A stretch of 64,000 bases of DNA from Emiliania huxleyi CCMP1516. Its lineage: Eukaryota. The stretch covers positions 561,440 through 625,439 of the forward strand of contig NW_005201792.1 of NCBI RefSeq assembly GCF_000372725.1, written 5' to 3'. The position numbers were made by a program, and so were the translations under genes. Positions 1-11,604 of the stretch are shown one piece after another (position 1 is the first letter of the stretch; the number at the start of each line of letters is the position of its first letter). Below the pieces are notes generated by a model that saw only the letters and a list, made by a program, of their open reading frames with translations, had not been told where the DNA came from and did no database searches.

Positions 1-5
1 GCGAG

Positions 6-45
<40 letters not shown>

Positions 46-894
46 GGTGGTGCGAGCCGCATGAGAAGGACCAGCCGCACGCTCCAAAGACAGCCACGCC
101 TACTCTCGCACAGAGCTTGGCGGGTGGGAGGGCGGGCGGGTTGGGGCCGATCGTGAGGCTGTCGGACGCGCGCCGATAACGAGGAGGAGCAGGGTGCAGA
201 GGAAGAGGTTGAGCTTCAGGCTCTTGCAGTACATGCCCCGCTTGACGCGTGTAGTGGTGCGTCGGAACTGAAAGGCCTGGTGCGTGAGGTGCTCCGTCTT
301 GTCCACCAGCAACTCGATCTTCTCGCCGCGCGCGAGCACCTATTCGTGCAACCTCGTGCAATCTAGTGCAACCTCGTGCAATCTCGCGCAATCTCGCGCT
401 CTTTTTGAGACCTTTTCTATGTTTTCGACCATCACCTGCCGCACCTCCTCGAGTTCGCCCTCGACGCGCGAGACATTTGCCGCGTCGGCCTGGTCCGAGG
501 AAGAGGCGGCCGCCCCGCCGGCGCTGCTGCCGGCCGCCGACGAGAAGCTCTCCATCAGCTCCTTTAGCACGGCGGCGAACTGACTGTTCATGGCGTACGC
601 GAGCGCCGTGAGCCCCTTCTCGGCGTACGCCGCGCTCCACCGAGACTGCACCGCGTCGAGAAAGGCGTGCGCGGCGGCCTGCTCCGTGCGCGAGTCGGCC
701 ATGCAGAGGAACGCCAGGCCCGCCCTTATCACGCAGTGAAAGGAGTGCGACGTGTCGTATGAGTAGCTGGCCCGGCCCTCCTCTTGCGGCAGCCGCTCGA
801 GTATGCGGCGCGTAACGAGAGCAAAGTTGCCCGCGGTGGCGGTGTGCTCGGCGAGCACGCAGGTGCCGCGCGCGACAAGCGCGTAGATGATCAT
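1..894 (-). CDS. VAMP7: VAMP7/VAMP72-type longin R-SNARE (spliced; 3' end runs off the window)
   Basis: N-terminal longin domain (MIIYALVARGTCVLAEHT...GNFALVTRRILERL...AYAMNSQF). SNARE motif EVRQVMVENIEKV/LARGEKIELLVDKTEHL is split by an intron, followed by the hydrophobic TM segment LFLCTLLLLVIG. Confidence 0.9.
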
Positions 895-1020
895 GGAGGC
901 TGAGGGGCTGAGGGCGACAACTTCCTCACCTCGGGAGAAGGTGAAGAAATCTTCCCGCGTCGCTTACAGCCAAAAAATTTTTTCTGGCAGGTGAATTTCT
1001 TCTTCTTCCCGCTTGTGGCC

Positions 1021-3480
1021 ATGGCCACCACCTCGCTCAGCGCCTCGCAAGAGTACCGCTTCGAGGTCGCCGCCGGCGCCGTGGTCACGCTCCGCCTCAC
1101 CTCGGGCAGCGCCGAGATGTTTGGCGCCGAGCTCGCTCCGCAGCGCCCGTACGCCTTCACCGGGCCGACGCATGAGGCTGTCTACACGTGGCATGGCTGC
1201 ACCTTTGAGCTCGACGGCGGGTGTCAGCACGCGTACGTTGCGTCCGAGACTCCGATGGACGCGTACCTCCGGCTGCACACCGATCTCGACGCTCGGCGCG
1301 CGGCGGCGCGCCAGGCGGACACGCACGGGCCGCGGGTGATCGTGGCGGGCGGCGCAGGCAGCGGCAAGGCGGCGCTGTGCCGCATGCTCGCCAACTGGGC
1401 TGCGCGGCGCGGCGACGGCCCTCTCCTCGTCGAGCTCGACCCGTCGCACGGCCACATCGGGCCTCCAGGACTGCGCACCACACGCCGCGGCGAACCTCTG
1501 GCACTCGCTGCGGCTCACTCGTGCTCCGCCGGCCCTCGCCTCTCGTCGCCGCAGGCTCCATCAGCGCCACGGCGATCGGGTGGCCGCTGGACGTGGAGCA
1601 CGCGACGGACGACCTCGCCCCGCTCGCCTTTTGGCTCGGCGCGCCCCTCCCGCGGCCCTCCGCCCCCCCCCCCCCCCCCTCAGACACGGCCCTCCGCCTA
1701 TCGCCCTCCGCCTCCTGCGAGGCAGTCGCGTGAGGACGGGTGTGGGGACTGGTGTGAGGACTGGTGTGAGAGCTGGCCCCGCGGCCCTCGCAGGGAGCGC
1801 GTCTCCGGCAGAGGCGGCGCTGCACTACCGCCACGTGACTGAGAGGCGAGCTCCACGCGCCACGGCGCCCTCCCTGCTGCTGCTTCCGCCCCCGACCCAG
1901 CCCTCCGCCCCTCCTGCCCTCCCGCCCCTCCTGGCAGGCTCGGCGAGGCGGTGCGGAGGAGGGGTGAGGAGCACGCGGGGACGCGGCACTCCGGCTTCGT
2001 CGCCTCGGGCTGCAGCTGGGTCGACGGGGGCGGGTGAGAAGTCCGCCCGAGATTGACCTAGAGCAGCCGGGAGCAGCCGGGAGCAGCCGAGAGCAGCCGG
2101 GTGCCTCCAGCCCTTCCCCCGACATGTGTGTGTGCGCGCGGTCCAAGAGTGCTGTGTGCGGGCGGATTCGGGCGAGATCGGTCGAGATCGGTCGAGATCG
2201 GTCCAGATCGGAGGGGGCGAGCGCCACTGCGGGGCTGGCCACGGCGCCGCGCCGGCGGGGGAGCCACTTCACTTCTTTGGTCTTCGCGGTCAGGTACGAC
2301 GCGCTCGCGGGGCAGATCTCGGAGCTCGCCGTCGACGTGTGCGTCGTCATCGGGGACGACCGGCTCCACTCGCAGGTCCCTGCCCGTGGAGTGTGCGCGT
2401 GGAAGGGAGAGACGGCACTCCGCGAGGTCGAGAGAGGCTGACCGCCGACCGGCCGCCACCGCAGCTCCTCTCGCTCGCTCCCTCCCTCGCGTCCAAGCTC
2501 GAGGTCCTCAAGCTCCCCCGCTCGGGCGGCGCGAGATAAGCCGAGATGCGCCGAGATGGCGCCGAGATGGCGCCGAGATGGCGCCGAGATGGCGCCGAGA
2601 CGCGCACTAGTCCGGCACCAGGGCCCGGGCGGCCGGGCGGCTCGCCGAGCTGCTGCTCGCCCAGCCACTGACGGGCTGCTGCTCGCCCAGCCACTGACGG
2701 GCTGCTGCTCGCCCAGCCACTGACGGGCTGCTGCTCGCCCAGCCACTGACGGGCCCCCGGCGGCAACCCCGCTGTCCACACATGTCCACAGGCGCGGTGG
2801 CGCGCACCGACGCGGACCGCGCCGCCGCCCACGCGGTGCGGCTGCGAAACTACTTCTACGGCCAGCCGTCGGCCGGGGGCGCCGCGCAGCTCTCGCCTCA
2901 CTCGGTCGAGGTTGGCTTTGACGCCGTCGAGGCGCCGCGCCTGCCGCTGCCGTGATCACAGCCTCCCCTCTCCCTGACGGACTGCTCACTTTGCGCAGGC
3001 GCGCCACGGGGTCGTGCCACGGCCGAGCGGCAGCGGGGAAGGCCGACCTCTGTCTCTCCCCCGACCTCTGTCTCTCCCCCCGGTCAGGTGTACCGCCTCT
3101 CGGAGGCGCCGCCTGCGCCTGCGACGGCGCGCCTGCACCGGCCTCGCCCTCTCCCCCCCGCCCGCCCGCCTGACCCGCCCGACCCACCCCCCCCCCGCCC
3201 GCCCCAGGCGCTGCCCCTCGGGACGGAGTTTGCCGGAGAGCAGCTCCTCGCGACCCGGCTGGTCGGCGGCCAGCTGGCGCCGCTCGTCCACTCGCTGCTC
3301 GCCGTCGTCCGCTCGCCCTCGGGCAGCTGCGACGACCTGCTCGCCGCGCCGCTCGCCGGCGTCGTCCTCGTCTCCGCCGTCGACCTCGAGCGGCAGCGCA
3401 TCACGCTGCTGTCGCCCTCGCCGCTGCCGCTGCCGTCGATGACGCTGCTCGCGGGGTCGCTGCGGTGGTCCGGCGCCTGA
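1021..3480 (+). CDS. CLP1: Clp1-like polynucleotide 5'-kinase / mRNA cleavage factor subunit (multi-exon)
   Basis: EYRFEV...LTSGSAEMFGAEL, AVYTWHGC, YVASETPMDAY; P-loop GPRVIVAGGAGSGKAALCRMLANWA; C-terminal VSAVDLERQRITLLSPSPLPLPS. Confidence 0.9.
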
Positions 3481-4443
3481 GGCGGGGTGGGGGGTGGGGC
3501 TTTCACTGCCCACGGCCAGGCTCGCACGAATTTGCTTCACGTATGTGCATATACAGCTTGCGCATCGCGAGCCAGCGTCACTTGTTATTCTCATCTGTCG
3601 GTGAGCGCGCGGCGCGCTGCGGAAGTTTATTTCGTGTTGGAGCCGGAAGCGCGCAGCCGGCGCGCCGGGCGCCAAAGGGCGCGTCGCCCGGCCGGGCGCG
3701 GGGCAACCAAGGGCAGCGATGCGTCCTAGAAGGGTGGGGACGACCGGGCCCATAGGAGTTAGGACGACAGGTCACCCCCCGGATTAGCGGGGATGCGGGG
3801 TGGGGGTGGGGGAGGGAGGGGGGGCGGGGGGGGCGGGGTGGGGGGGCACATGTAAAAATAAAATATTCTTACCTTCAAGCCCCCCTCCGAGACTAGAGAC
3901 AGTCACCACAGATACATACGTCGGTGGGAGTGCCCCCCGCCCCCACTTGCCCTGACTGCACGATACAGTGGATTGCGTGCCCCGAAAACGGCGACACATA
4001 GCCCGGGGACACATCACTGCGCAAGGAGAGGGTGCGAAGCCAAGATTGGGGTTCTAGGTGGTGGGACCAATGAGGGGGGGAGGGCGGGGTCCTGTGGGGG
4101 TGAAATGTTGCGCGGCGAATTCGAACCTACCCCCTCGCGGGGGGGGGCACATGTAGTACTCGTTGTTCTTGGACCGCGCCTTGGCGGACAAGGTGTCCAG
4201 CTTCTCGAGCATGTGGATGACGTGCTGCATGTCCTCGCCCTGCGTGGAAAGCGCGACCGTCGCGATCTCCAGCCCGGTCAAGCGCGGTGCGGGTTCACTC
4301 GTAACTCGTATACTCTATACACTATACAAGGCACTAGGCACAGCACAAAAATGCGTGGTAAGTGGTGTGGCGTCACGCTCCAAGATCGGCGCCGTCTCTT
4401 TCGGTCACACATCTGCAAATCGAATGGCACTCATGGCGTGGCC

Positions 4444-5759
4444 TCAGGCCTGATACTCATCAAGGAGTGTCAGGAGCATGCTGCCGAGACCTCGTTTGGC
4501 CTCGCGGTCGTCGATCCCGTCATGCGACTGGGGCTGCTGATCGGGCTCCGGGTCAGCGCGATCTTGCCCTTGGACCTCCGCCTCCGCCTGCAAAACTGCC
4601 GCTGCCGCGGAGTCAGCGGCGGGCATTCCTGGAGGCCGTACAGCCTCGAGTCCTCTTGTCAGCGCCCAGTCCGCAAACTCGGCAAAGAGGATCAAGCCGG
4701 CTCCGTCTGCGTCGGCTCGAGCAAACTCCGCCTCCGGATCGGTCACTTCGACGCCCCATGCCTTGAGCTTGGGCAGCGCCGCACGAAACTCGTCGATGGA
4801 CACGCGCCGATCCTCCCCCGTGTCGACCTCGTCAAACATGGTGAGCAGCTGCGACGCGCGGCCGCGGTGGTTGGGAGTGCGGGCGGTGGTGAAGCGATCG
4901 GCGGGGTTGGGCGGCGGGCTCGCTACCTCAAAGTAGCGGTGCAGGTAGAGAAGCAGCAGCCGGAACTCCTTGCGCTCCACGTAGTCACCGTTCACGCCAT
5001 CGGTACGGCCCGACGACCCCTTCGCAGCCTGAAAGGCTCGCATGATTGCGGGCTTGCAGAACCGGAGCGCGTCAACGTCCTTTCCCGCCTTGTCACTCAG
5101 GAGCATGATGAGCCCACGATCCACCTGCTGACCGAAGCCTACCTTAGGGCGTGCAAGGGTCGACCACGGCGCAGCACTACTCGCGCCTCGGCGAGCGAGA
5201 GATGCCCGTTGCCGTTGGGGTCAAAGGAGCGAAACAGGGCCATCCGCTCCTTGCGCTGCTCGAGGGCGACAGGCAGCCGCTTTGCCAAGGCGGTCCATGC
5301 ACCGAGCGAGGCGGCGTCGTAGGCTGACGACTCACAGCCGCCCGTCACGTTCTTGGATGTACGTTTGTGTAGGCCCTTGGGCGCACTCTTGGGCGGCTGC
5401 GGCGCCGGCACGGTTGGCCTTGCTGGCAAGAGCCGCGGCTTGCTCGGCTTGGGAGCAGCCGGGATGTGCTCGGACGAAGGGCGAGATCTGGTCGCAACAA
5501 CCGGGTCCACCGATGGCCTCGGAGTGACGCGTGGGCTGAGCCGTCGAGCGCCACTTACCTGTCGTGGAGGCTGCTCTGGAGACCGTGGAGGCGTGCTGCC
5601 GATGACGGAGAGGGCGTGCCCGATCGCAGCGAGCGCCCCCTTGAGAGCGGCCACTTCCCGCGCAGAAGCTTCCACCTTGGCCTCGAGCTCAGAGATCCTC
5701 GCCTCGTAGGCGCTTGGGCCAGCAGCGGCGTGTTCCGGCGCGCCATTCTCCTGTCGCAT
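4444..5759 (-). CDS. Flagellar calcium-binding protein (calflagin/FCaBP-like EF-hand protein), spliced
   Basis: ERMALFRSFDPNGNGHLSLAE / VDRG...KPAIMRAFQAAK...DYVERKEFRLLLLYLHRYFE / LLTMFDEVDTGEDRRVSIDEF...LKAWGVEVTDPEAEFARADADGAGLILFAEFADWAL match the trypanosomatid FCaBP pattern from memory. The 3' end is uncertain. Confidence 0.75.
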
Positions 5760-5909
5760 TCAGATTCGCGCCCGGGACGCACGCTGGTCAAGTTTACCAC
5801 AGGTCCGTTGTGAAGTGTTGGGCCGCGCCACCAAGAACCTAGGTGTGGGATCGGCAAGGGCGCGACGCGTCGATCTATGCTTACCTTTTATGCTTTTTCG
5901 ACCCATCAG

Positions 5910-5971
<62 letters not shown>
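5910..5971. repeat. (TG)n microsatellite
   Basis: About 30 perfect TG units. Confidence 0.95.
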
Positions 5972-5972
<1 letters not shown>

Positions 5973-7031
5973 GCGCGCCTTGCGGGGAGGGCGCGGAAAA
6001 GAGGAACCTCTTATTTCCATCGCCGCGGAGCTGCAAGCAGCGCCGGGTCTTATGAATTGCGTGGGGGGGGGGGGGCACGTGGGACGCGTCCATCACGGAG
6101 GTTTGCAAGAGAGTTCTCTGTGGAGGAGTTATGGTCGTCGAAGAGAGACTAACAATCGATTGACGTTGCGATTGCCCAGTGGACACGTAAATGAGACACG
6201 CTGTGGGAGGAAGGGCGCACCACCAGAGGATTGTGAGCGCTGTGGAGCGATAGAAGCACGTGCGCGGCATCAGCCCATCGCCTGACGAAAGCTTTGCGTG
6301 AAGCCGTGGACGCAACAGCGGAACCGACGCCTCGTCAGCCTGGAGCTCTCGGGCGGCGGCGTCTCAAGATAGGCTGCGACGGCTGGTTCCAACCTCCCCG
6401 AACGCGAGCCACACGTTTGCACTCTCGAGAAACTCCTGAACCGCAAATAAGAAGCCAGAGAAGGCTCCGCAAACCCGCGTCTTTGCCCTGGAGACCTGCG
6501 TCTTTAGTGACTGCTTGAGTTGCTGAAGCTGACCCTCCGAGAGCTGCGAGGCGGAGACGCCGAGCAGCAGCAGCAGCAGCAGGAGAAGGGAGGCGCCGGG
6601 ACGACGACTCGGTCCAGCGACCACCGCCGTCCCCGCGCCCTTGGCGCCTGCACTGGCGGGCTGTGCTGCCTTTCCTTCCGCCATTGTCGCACCCACAACC
6701 GAGATCTTCTCCCCTAGTGACTCCGGAATGAGGCTGCGCGCCCAGGCGACCGCAGGATGGTCTGCAAACTGCGCAGCGAGGCCCGCGCCCACCCCCGCTC
6801 CGACGGAAAAGATGCCCACTTGGCGCGACATGCTGAATGCCGCACGAGTACCTCGCGACCGTGGAAGGGGGGCGGCGGGCACGCACGGGGCTCGCGGATC
6901 GAGGCGGGGGGAAGTAGACGACGCGCGAAACGCGAAACAGCGACGCCGGTCGTCCGTCCGATTCTCGAGTCACGTTCAAGTAGGCGTACTTTTGGCTCTC
7001 TCTCCTCAAGTGTGTGTGAAGTCATTTCCCG

Positions 7032-7147
7032 CACCCCCCTGGGCGCGGGCCTTCTAGGCCTGCGGGTAGTCTCCCCCCATCCCCAGGGCCTCCAGGGCTC
7101 GCACCTCAACCTCTCACTCATAGATAGACCAGCGCGCAGCGCCATAC
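7032..7147 (+). repeat. Dispersed ~115-bp repeat, copy 1 (copy 2 at ~22831-22943)
   Basis: Shared sequence gggccttctaggcc..gtagtctccccccatccccagggcctccagggctcgcacctcaacctctc..agaccagcgc..agcgccata. Confidence 0.8.
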
Positions 7148-7483
7148 CCACGTACACAGCGCATGCACAGGAGGCATTTTCTTCCTCAATAAAAGGTCTG
7201 TGAAACGGAGGCGGGGCCTTTGCTCAACGACCTTACGACCTGTTCGAGTTGGCCTCCGGGAACTAGGGTGCTGGCCGGCTGGCCGGCCGGCGCGCGGTGT
7301 CTGTTTCACTAAGGACCTAATTACGTGCAATAAGGTCCAACGCCATCAAAATCGCGAATATGGGCCGACTTGGCTCCGACATTTCTTGTTGGGGCTAGGA
7401 AGTGGCCAGTAGAAAGTTCCAAGAAGTAAGCGCCCCTCTGCGGCTTGATAGATCCCTTTTGCCCTCTTGGCGCAGGAGAGCCG

Positions 7484-8202
7484 ATGGCGGCAACGGAGAA
7501 CGCCGTGGCCCCCGAAACGCACGAGCCAGCCGGCGTGCCGCCCCAGCTGCCAGCTGCCGGTGCCCGCCCGCGTCAAGAGTCCGACGAATCGCTGTCGCTT
7601 GGGGATGACAAGCCTCTCATGCTGTCCAAATCTTTCGAGGGCATGCTCGAGGGAGTGGTCACGGACTCAGGCCTGACGCTCAGCGACGCGGTTCGCAGGC
7701 TGGGCGCCGAGCTCAACGGCGAGGACCCTCTCCTCGGACCGCCGCCGCTCGCCGAGCGTGAGCACATCTCCTCATCCGCGAGTGTGGATGGCGTCACCTC
7801 GTCCCCGCTGCTGACACCTCCCTCCGGCCCCTCCTCCTCAAGCGAAGCGGGCCCGTCATCGCCACTCGCGGAGCGACGATCCATCCCCGCGGGCACGCTC
7901 ACCAGCAGTCCCGCTTCGAGCTCCGAGAACACCGGCGGGGAGCCGAGGGCGCATGCCCCGGCTGCGATGATTGCCCAACAACTCCTCAACTCCATCGGAA
8001 GATCGGGGGAGGGGGAGGCGCCGCAGCCGCACCAGGGGGCGCCAGCGACGTTGGGGGCGGCCCCAAGTGCGGCACGGCAAAGCAGCGCCGCCAGCGCCAC
8101 CGGCGCGCCTCTGGGCGCCGCCCCCTTCCCCGCGGCGCCAGTGCCGCCGCAGTTTCAGCAGTTCCTCTCCGCGGCGACGAGAGGGGGGCCGCCCACGTGG
8201 GA

Positions 8203-8238
<36 letters not shown>

Positions 8239-10041
8239 AGGGCTCGACGGCGGGCGAGTGAAGCTGGGAGACGTCCCTGCCAGCGGCAGCTTCGCAGCCG
8301 GGCTCGGCAGCCTCGGTGGCATCTTCGGCCCCGGGGGCGGGGCGGGCGGGGCCGCGGGGTTGGGCGCGTGCCCGCTGCCCTTCGCGGCGCTGCAGCAGGA
8401 GCTGTCGTGCCTCGCCTCGGCCTCGCGCAGCCTGGGCTACGGCCAGCACGCCCCGTTGCAGCAGCTCGAGGCGTCGGCTGCCGCCGGCGCCGTCCCGCGC
8501 CTCCCTTCCTCCTACGCCACGGCAAAGGTCGAGATAGGGCGCGATGGGGCCCCAGGCGCCGCCCCGTGTCCAGCTGATGCACCGCCGGCTGTGAGGGGAG
8601 CGAGGGTGGTTGCGGGCGAGTCTGCGGCCGGCGCGCTCGGGGGTGGCGCGGCGCCGCTGCCGCCCTCCGTCCTCCTCGGCCTGGGGATGGCTCCGCCGCT
8701 GCCCGCTGGCCACGACGCGGCGGAGGCAGAGCGGCTGCTCCACCCGGCCGTGCGGCTGGGCCTCCCGGCCGGCCCGTCCTCCTTCTTCCCCCACCAGCTC
8801 CCCTCGGGCGAGGCTCTGCGCGCCGCCCTCTGCGGCGGCTTGGGCGTCTCCTTCGGCGCCGCTTCGGTGGCCGCCGGCGCCGTCGGCGCCGCCCCGAGCG
8901 CGCTCCCGGAGAGGCACGCCGCCCCCTTGGTGCGCCTGTCGCAGCCGGCGCGGCTCGATGGACTCGCACGCGAGGCGGCGGCCGCGGCCGACGCGGCCGC
9001 CGCAGCGCAAGCGGCCGCCAACAGCCGCGGCGCTCGCATCACGGACAGCGCCGTGACGGTGACTGACATGAAGGACTGCGCCAACATGGCGGCGGCAGCG
9101 GCGGCGGCGGCGGCGAGCCGGCTCATGCACGCCGAGGCGCAGGCCTGCTCGCTGGCACGAGGCAACACAAAGTCGGTGACCGTGAACCGAAAGGCGTGGT
9201 CGATGGAAGAGGCGCAGTTCCCCCCCCCTCTCTCCCATGCGCCCTCCTCTGCCACGCCCTCCTCTGATGCCCGCGGGACGCCGCGACTCACTCCCCCACC
9301 CGCCGCCCTTTCAGGACGCCACCATCCGCGCTTGCGTTCAGCGGATGGGCATGCGCTGGCGCCTCATCGCGCCGCACTTGCCTGGCCGGTCCGACGACTC
9401 GGTGCGCAACCGCTGGAAGAGGCTGCGCGAGGAGGACGAGGAGGCGGAGGCGGCGGCGGCCGGGCGGCCACGGGTGGAGCGGCCGCCGCCCGCGCCGCCC
9501 ACGAGCACACGGCGCACGAGTGGCGGCCAGGGTGCGGCTGGCGGCGGCGGCGGCGCCTCGAGGGGCGGGGCGGTGGCGGCGAGCACGATCCGGAGCCGCG
9601 CCGGCGACGACGGGTCCGGGGACGAGGAGGGCGGCGATGGGACGCGGCAGCGGATGAGCTGGTCGGCCGAGGAGGACGAGGTCATCGTCACCGCCGTGCG
9701 CGAGCTCGGGCAACGCCGCCGCGGCCCCCTTGCAGCTTCGGCGGGCGGTACGCTCTCACGCCCCCCTCCCCTTGCGCTCTCAGGCCTCGCTGGTGCGCGG
9801 TGGCGGCGCGGCTCCCGTCCCGCACCGACCAGGCGATCCGCAACCGGTGGAACCGGCTGCAGCAGCGCGCGCGGGTGCAAGCGCGCCAGGCCCGCAGGGC
9901 TGCGCAGGGCCGTACGGGGGCGGGAGAGGCACAATGTTGACATGCCTGACCGCTCCACCTCAGGCGCACAACATGCAGGCCATGATGCACTCGGCGGCAG
10001 GCTTGGTCGGCGGCATCGGACAACCGGGCTTGCACACTTAG
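7484..10041 (+). CDS. MYB-domain transcription factor with two separated Myb repeats (spliced)
   Basis: Repeat 1: KAWSMEE/DATIRACVQRMGMRWRLIAPHLPGRSDDSVRNRWKRL. Repeat 2: RMSWSAEEDEVIVTAVRELG/PRWCAVAARLPSRTDQAIRNRWNRL. Long low-complexity N-terminus. Confidence 0.85.
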
Positions 10042-10714
10042 CGCGTTCGAAGCGGTTTTCGGCCTCTGCATCGCGCCCGGTGGGCGAGCAAGGGAGGCGA
10101 CGGGAGGAGGAGAGCAAGGTGCTCGCAAGGTACAGCGGACGCAGTGTCGCCGCGTGACAGCGCACACTCCACATGCACACTTGATTGTGGCGGCCAGTGA
10201 CTGAATCAGGCTGGTGGGGTGGAGAAAAACTGCAGACAGTGGTTGCGGGAGTTTTCTGTCTTGAACTGTAGCGTACAGGGAGAGAGTGGCGTCGTGTGTC
10301 AGGGCGTCTATAGCGTACTGAGCTCTGCGCCCCAGGGTGGCCGCTGTCCGACAGTCCCTCCCGCGCTCGCGGGCGGCTGTCCCTCTAGGGCTGTCCGTGT
10401 CCGTCACTGCGTGGTCAGTCTCTCGATCTTGAACTTGCTTGCTCTTCTTTTTGAGTAAAACGTTTTGGCGCGGGAACGGCCGTGATGGCCAGGTGTGATG
10501 GCTGATGGTGCGGGCGGGGCCGCGGTGCGCGCGGAGGCCGGAGCCGGAGGTGTCTGAGAACGGAGAGACCCCGCCGCGGGTGTCTGAAAAATCAAACACC
10601 AACAGCGGCCATCTCGAAACCAAGCGCCCCTGGGTGCTGGGGCGTGAGCAGAAGGTACGAACGTACGTGGAACAGACCAGCACCATCTGTGCCTGTACGT
10701 ATCTCGAGTTCGCC

Positions 10715-11559
10715 CTAGTCGGCAGCTGCTGCAGCCGCCGCGACCCTCTCGAGGTCGAGGAGCGCCTGGCCGAGCTTGGCCACCGAGGAGGGAGCGGGCA
10801 AGCCCTCCTCGCCGCCGTTGATGGCTCGCGCGGGGAGGTGGCCCGCCAGCTCGAGGAGGGAGAAGGAGCCGTCGTCGCAGCAGCACACGAGGAAGCGCAT
10901 CCCGCGCGAGATTGCGGAGCAGCGCACCGTCGAGGGAGCCGAGGCGCGGCGGCGGCACGGCAGCCGCAGGTTGAGCAGCGGCCGCTCAGCGGGCGAGTCG
11001 AGCCTCCAGAGCCGCACCTGGCCCGCCGTGCTTCCGATCGCGACGAGGCGGCGCGTCGGGTCGAGCTGGTGGCGCAGGAACCTACGGCCGAGGCGCCGTC
11101 GAGATCCCGCCGAGCTGCAGCTGAGGGAGGGAGGGGTCGAGCTGGCGGCGCACGAACCAGACGTTGGTGTCCGGCACGTCGTGCCGCCGCACAACCTCCA
11201 CCGGCACCCGCCGCCGGCAGTCGAGCCTGCACACGCGCAAGGACGGCAAGTGACCACCGCCCCGCCCCCCACGTCCTCCGGCGGCATCCCGGCGCACCCG
11301 CGCTGCTCGACGCCGTAGCTCACAGCGGGCTGGTGCGGGAGCAAGGCGGGCAGAGCCGCCGCCGCCGCCGGGGCGCTCTGCGGTGGCCGTCGCCACAGCA
11401 CCGCCTTGCCCTCGTGCCCGCGCGTCAGGAGGGTGCTGTCCGGCCCGAAGCGCACGCAGTCGACATACGCGAGTTTCTGCGGGGAGAGGAGGGGCGAAGC
11501 GGGCGTGTGAGGCGGCGGCGGCCTCTCTGGCGGCGTCGCGCCTTGATTGGGCGTGTGTG

Positions 11560-11604
<45 letters not shown>

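Noticed and set aside
2650..2752. 26-bp repeat x4 as a possible CRISPR array
   Set aside because: Head-to-tail units with no spacers, intronic in CLP1, and no cas genes.
1157..3187. Long Arg/Ala/Pro-rich ORFs on many frames (e.g. 676 aa here, 938 aa at 42547-45363)
   Set aside because: Shadow or intron-readthrough ORFs expected at this GC content. They overlap recognisable spliced genes.
6335..7009. ORFs with a poly-Leu/poly-Gln CAG run
   Set aside because: No recognisable domain and no convincing start or exon structure.
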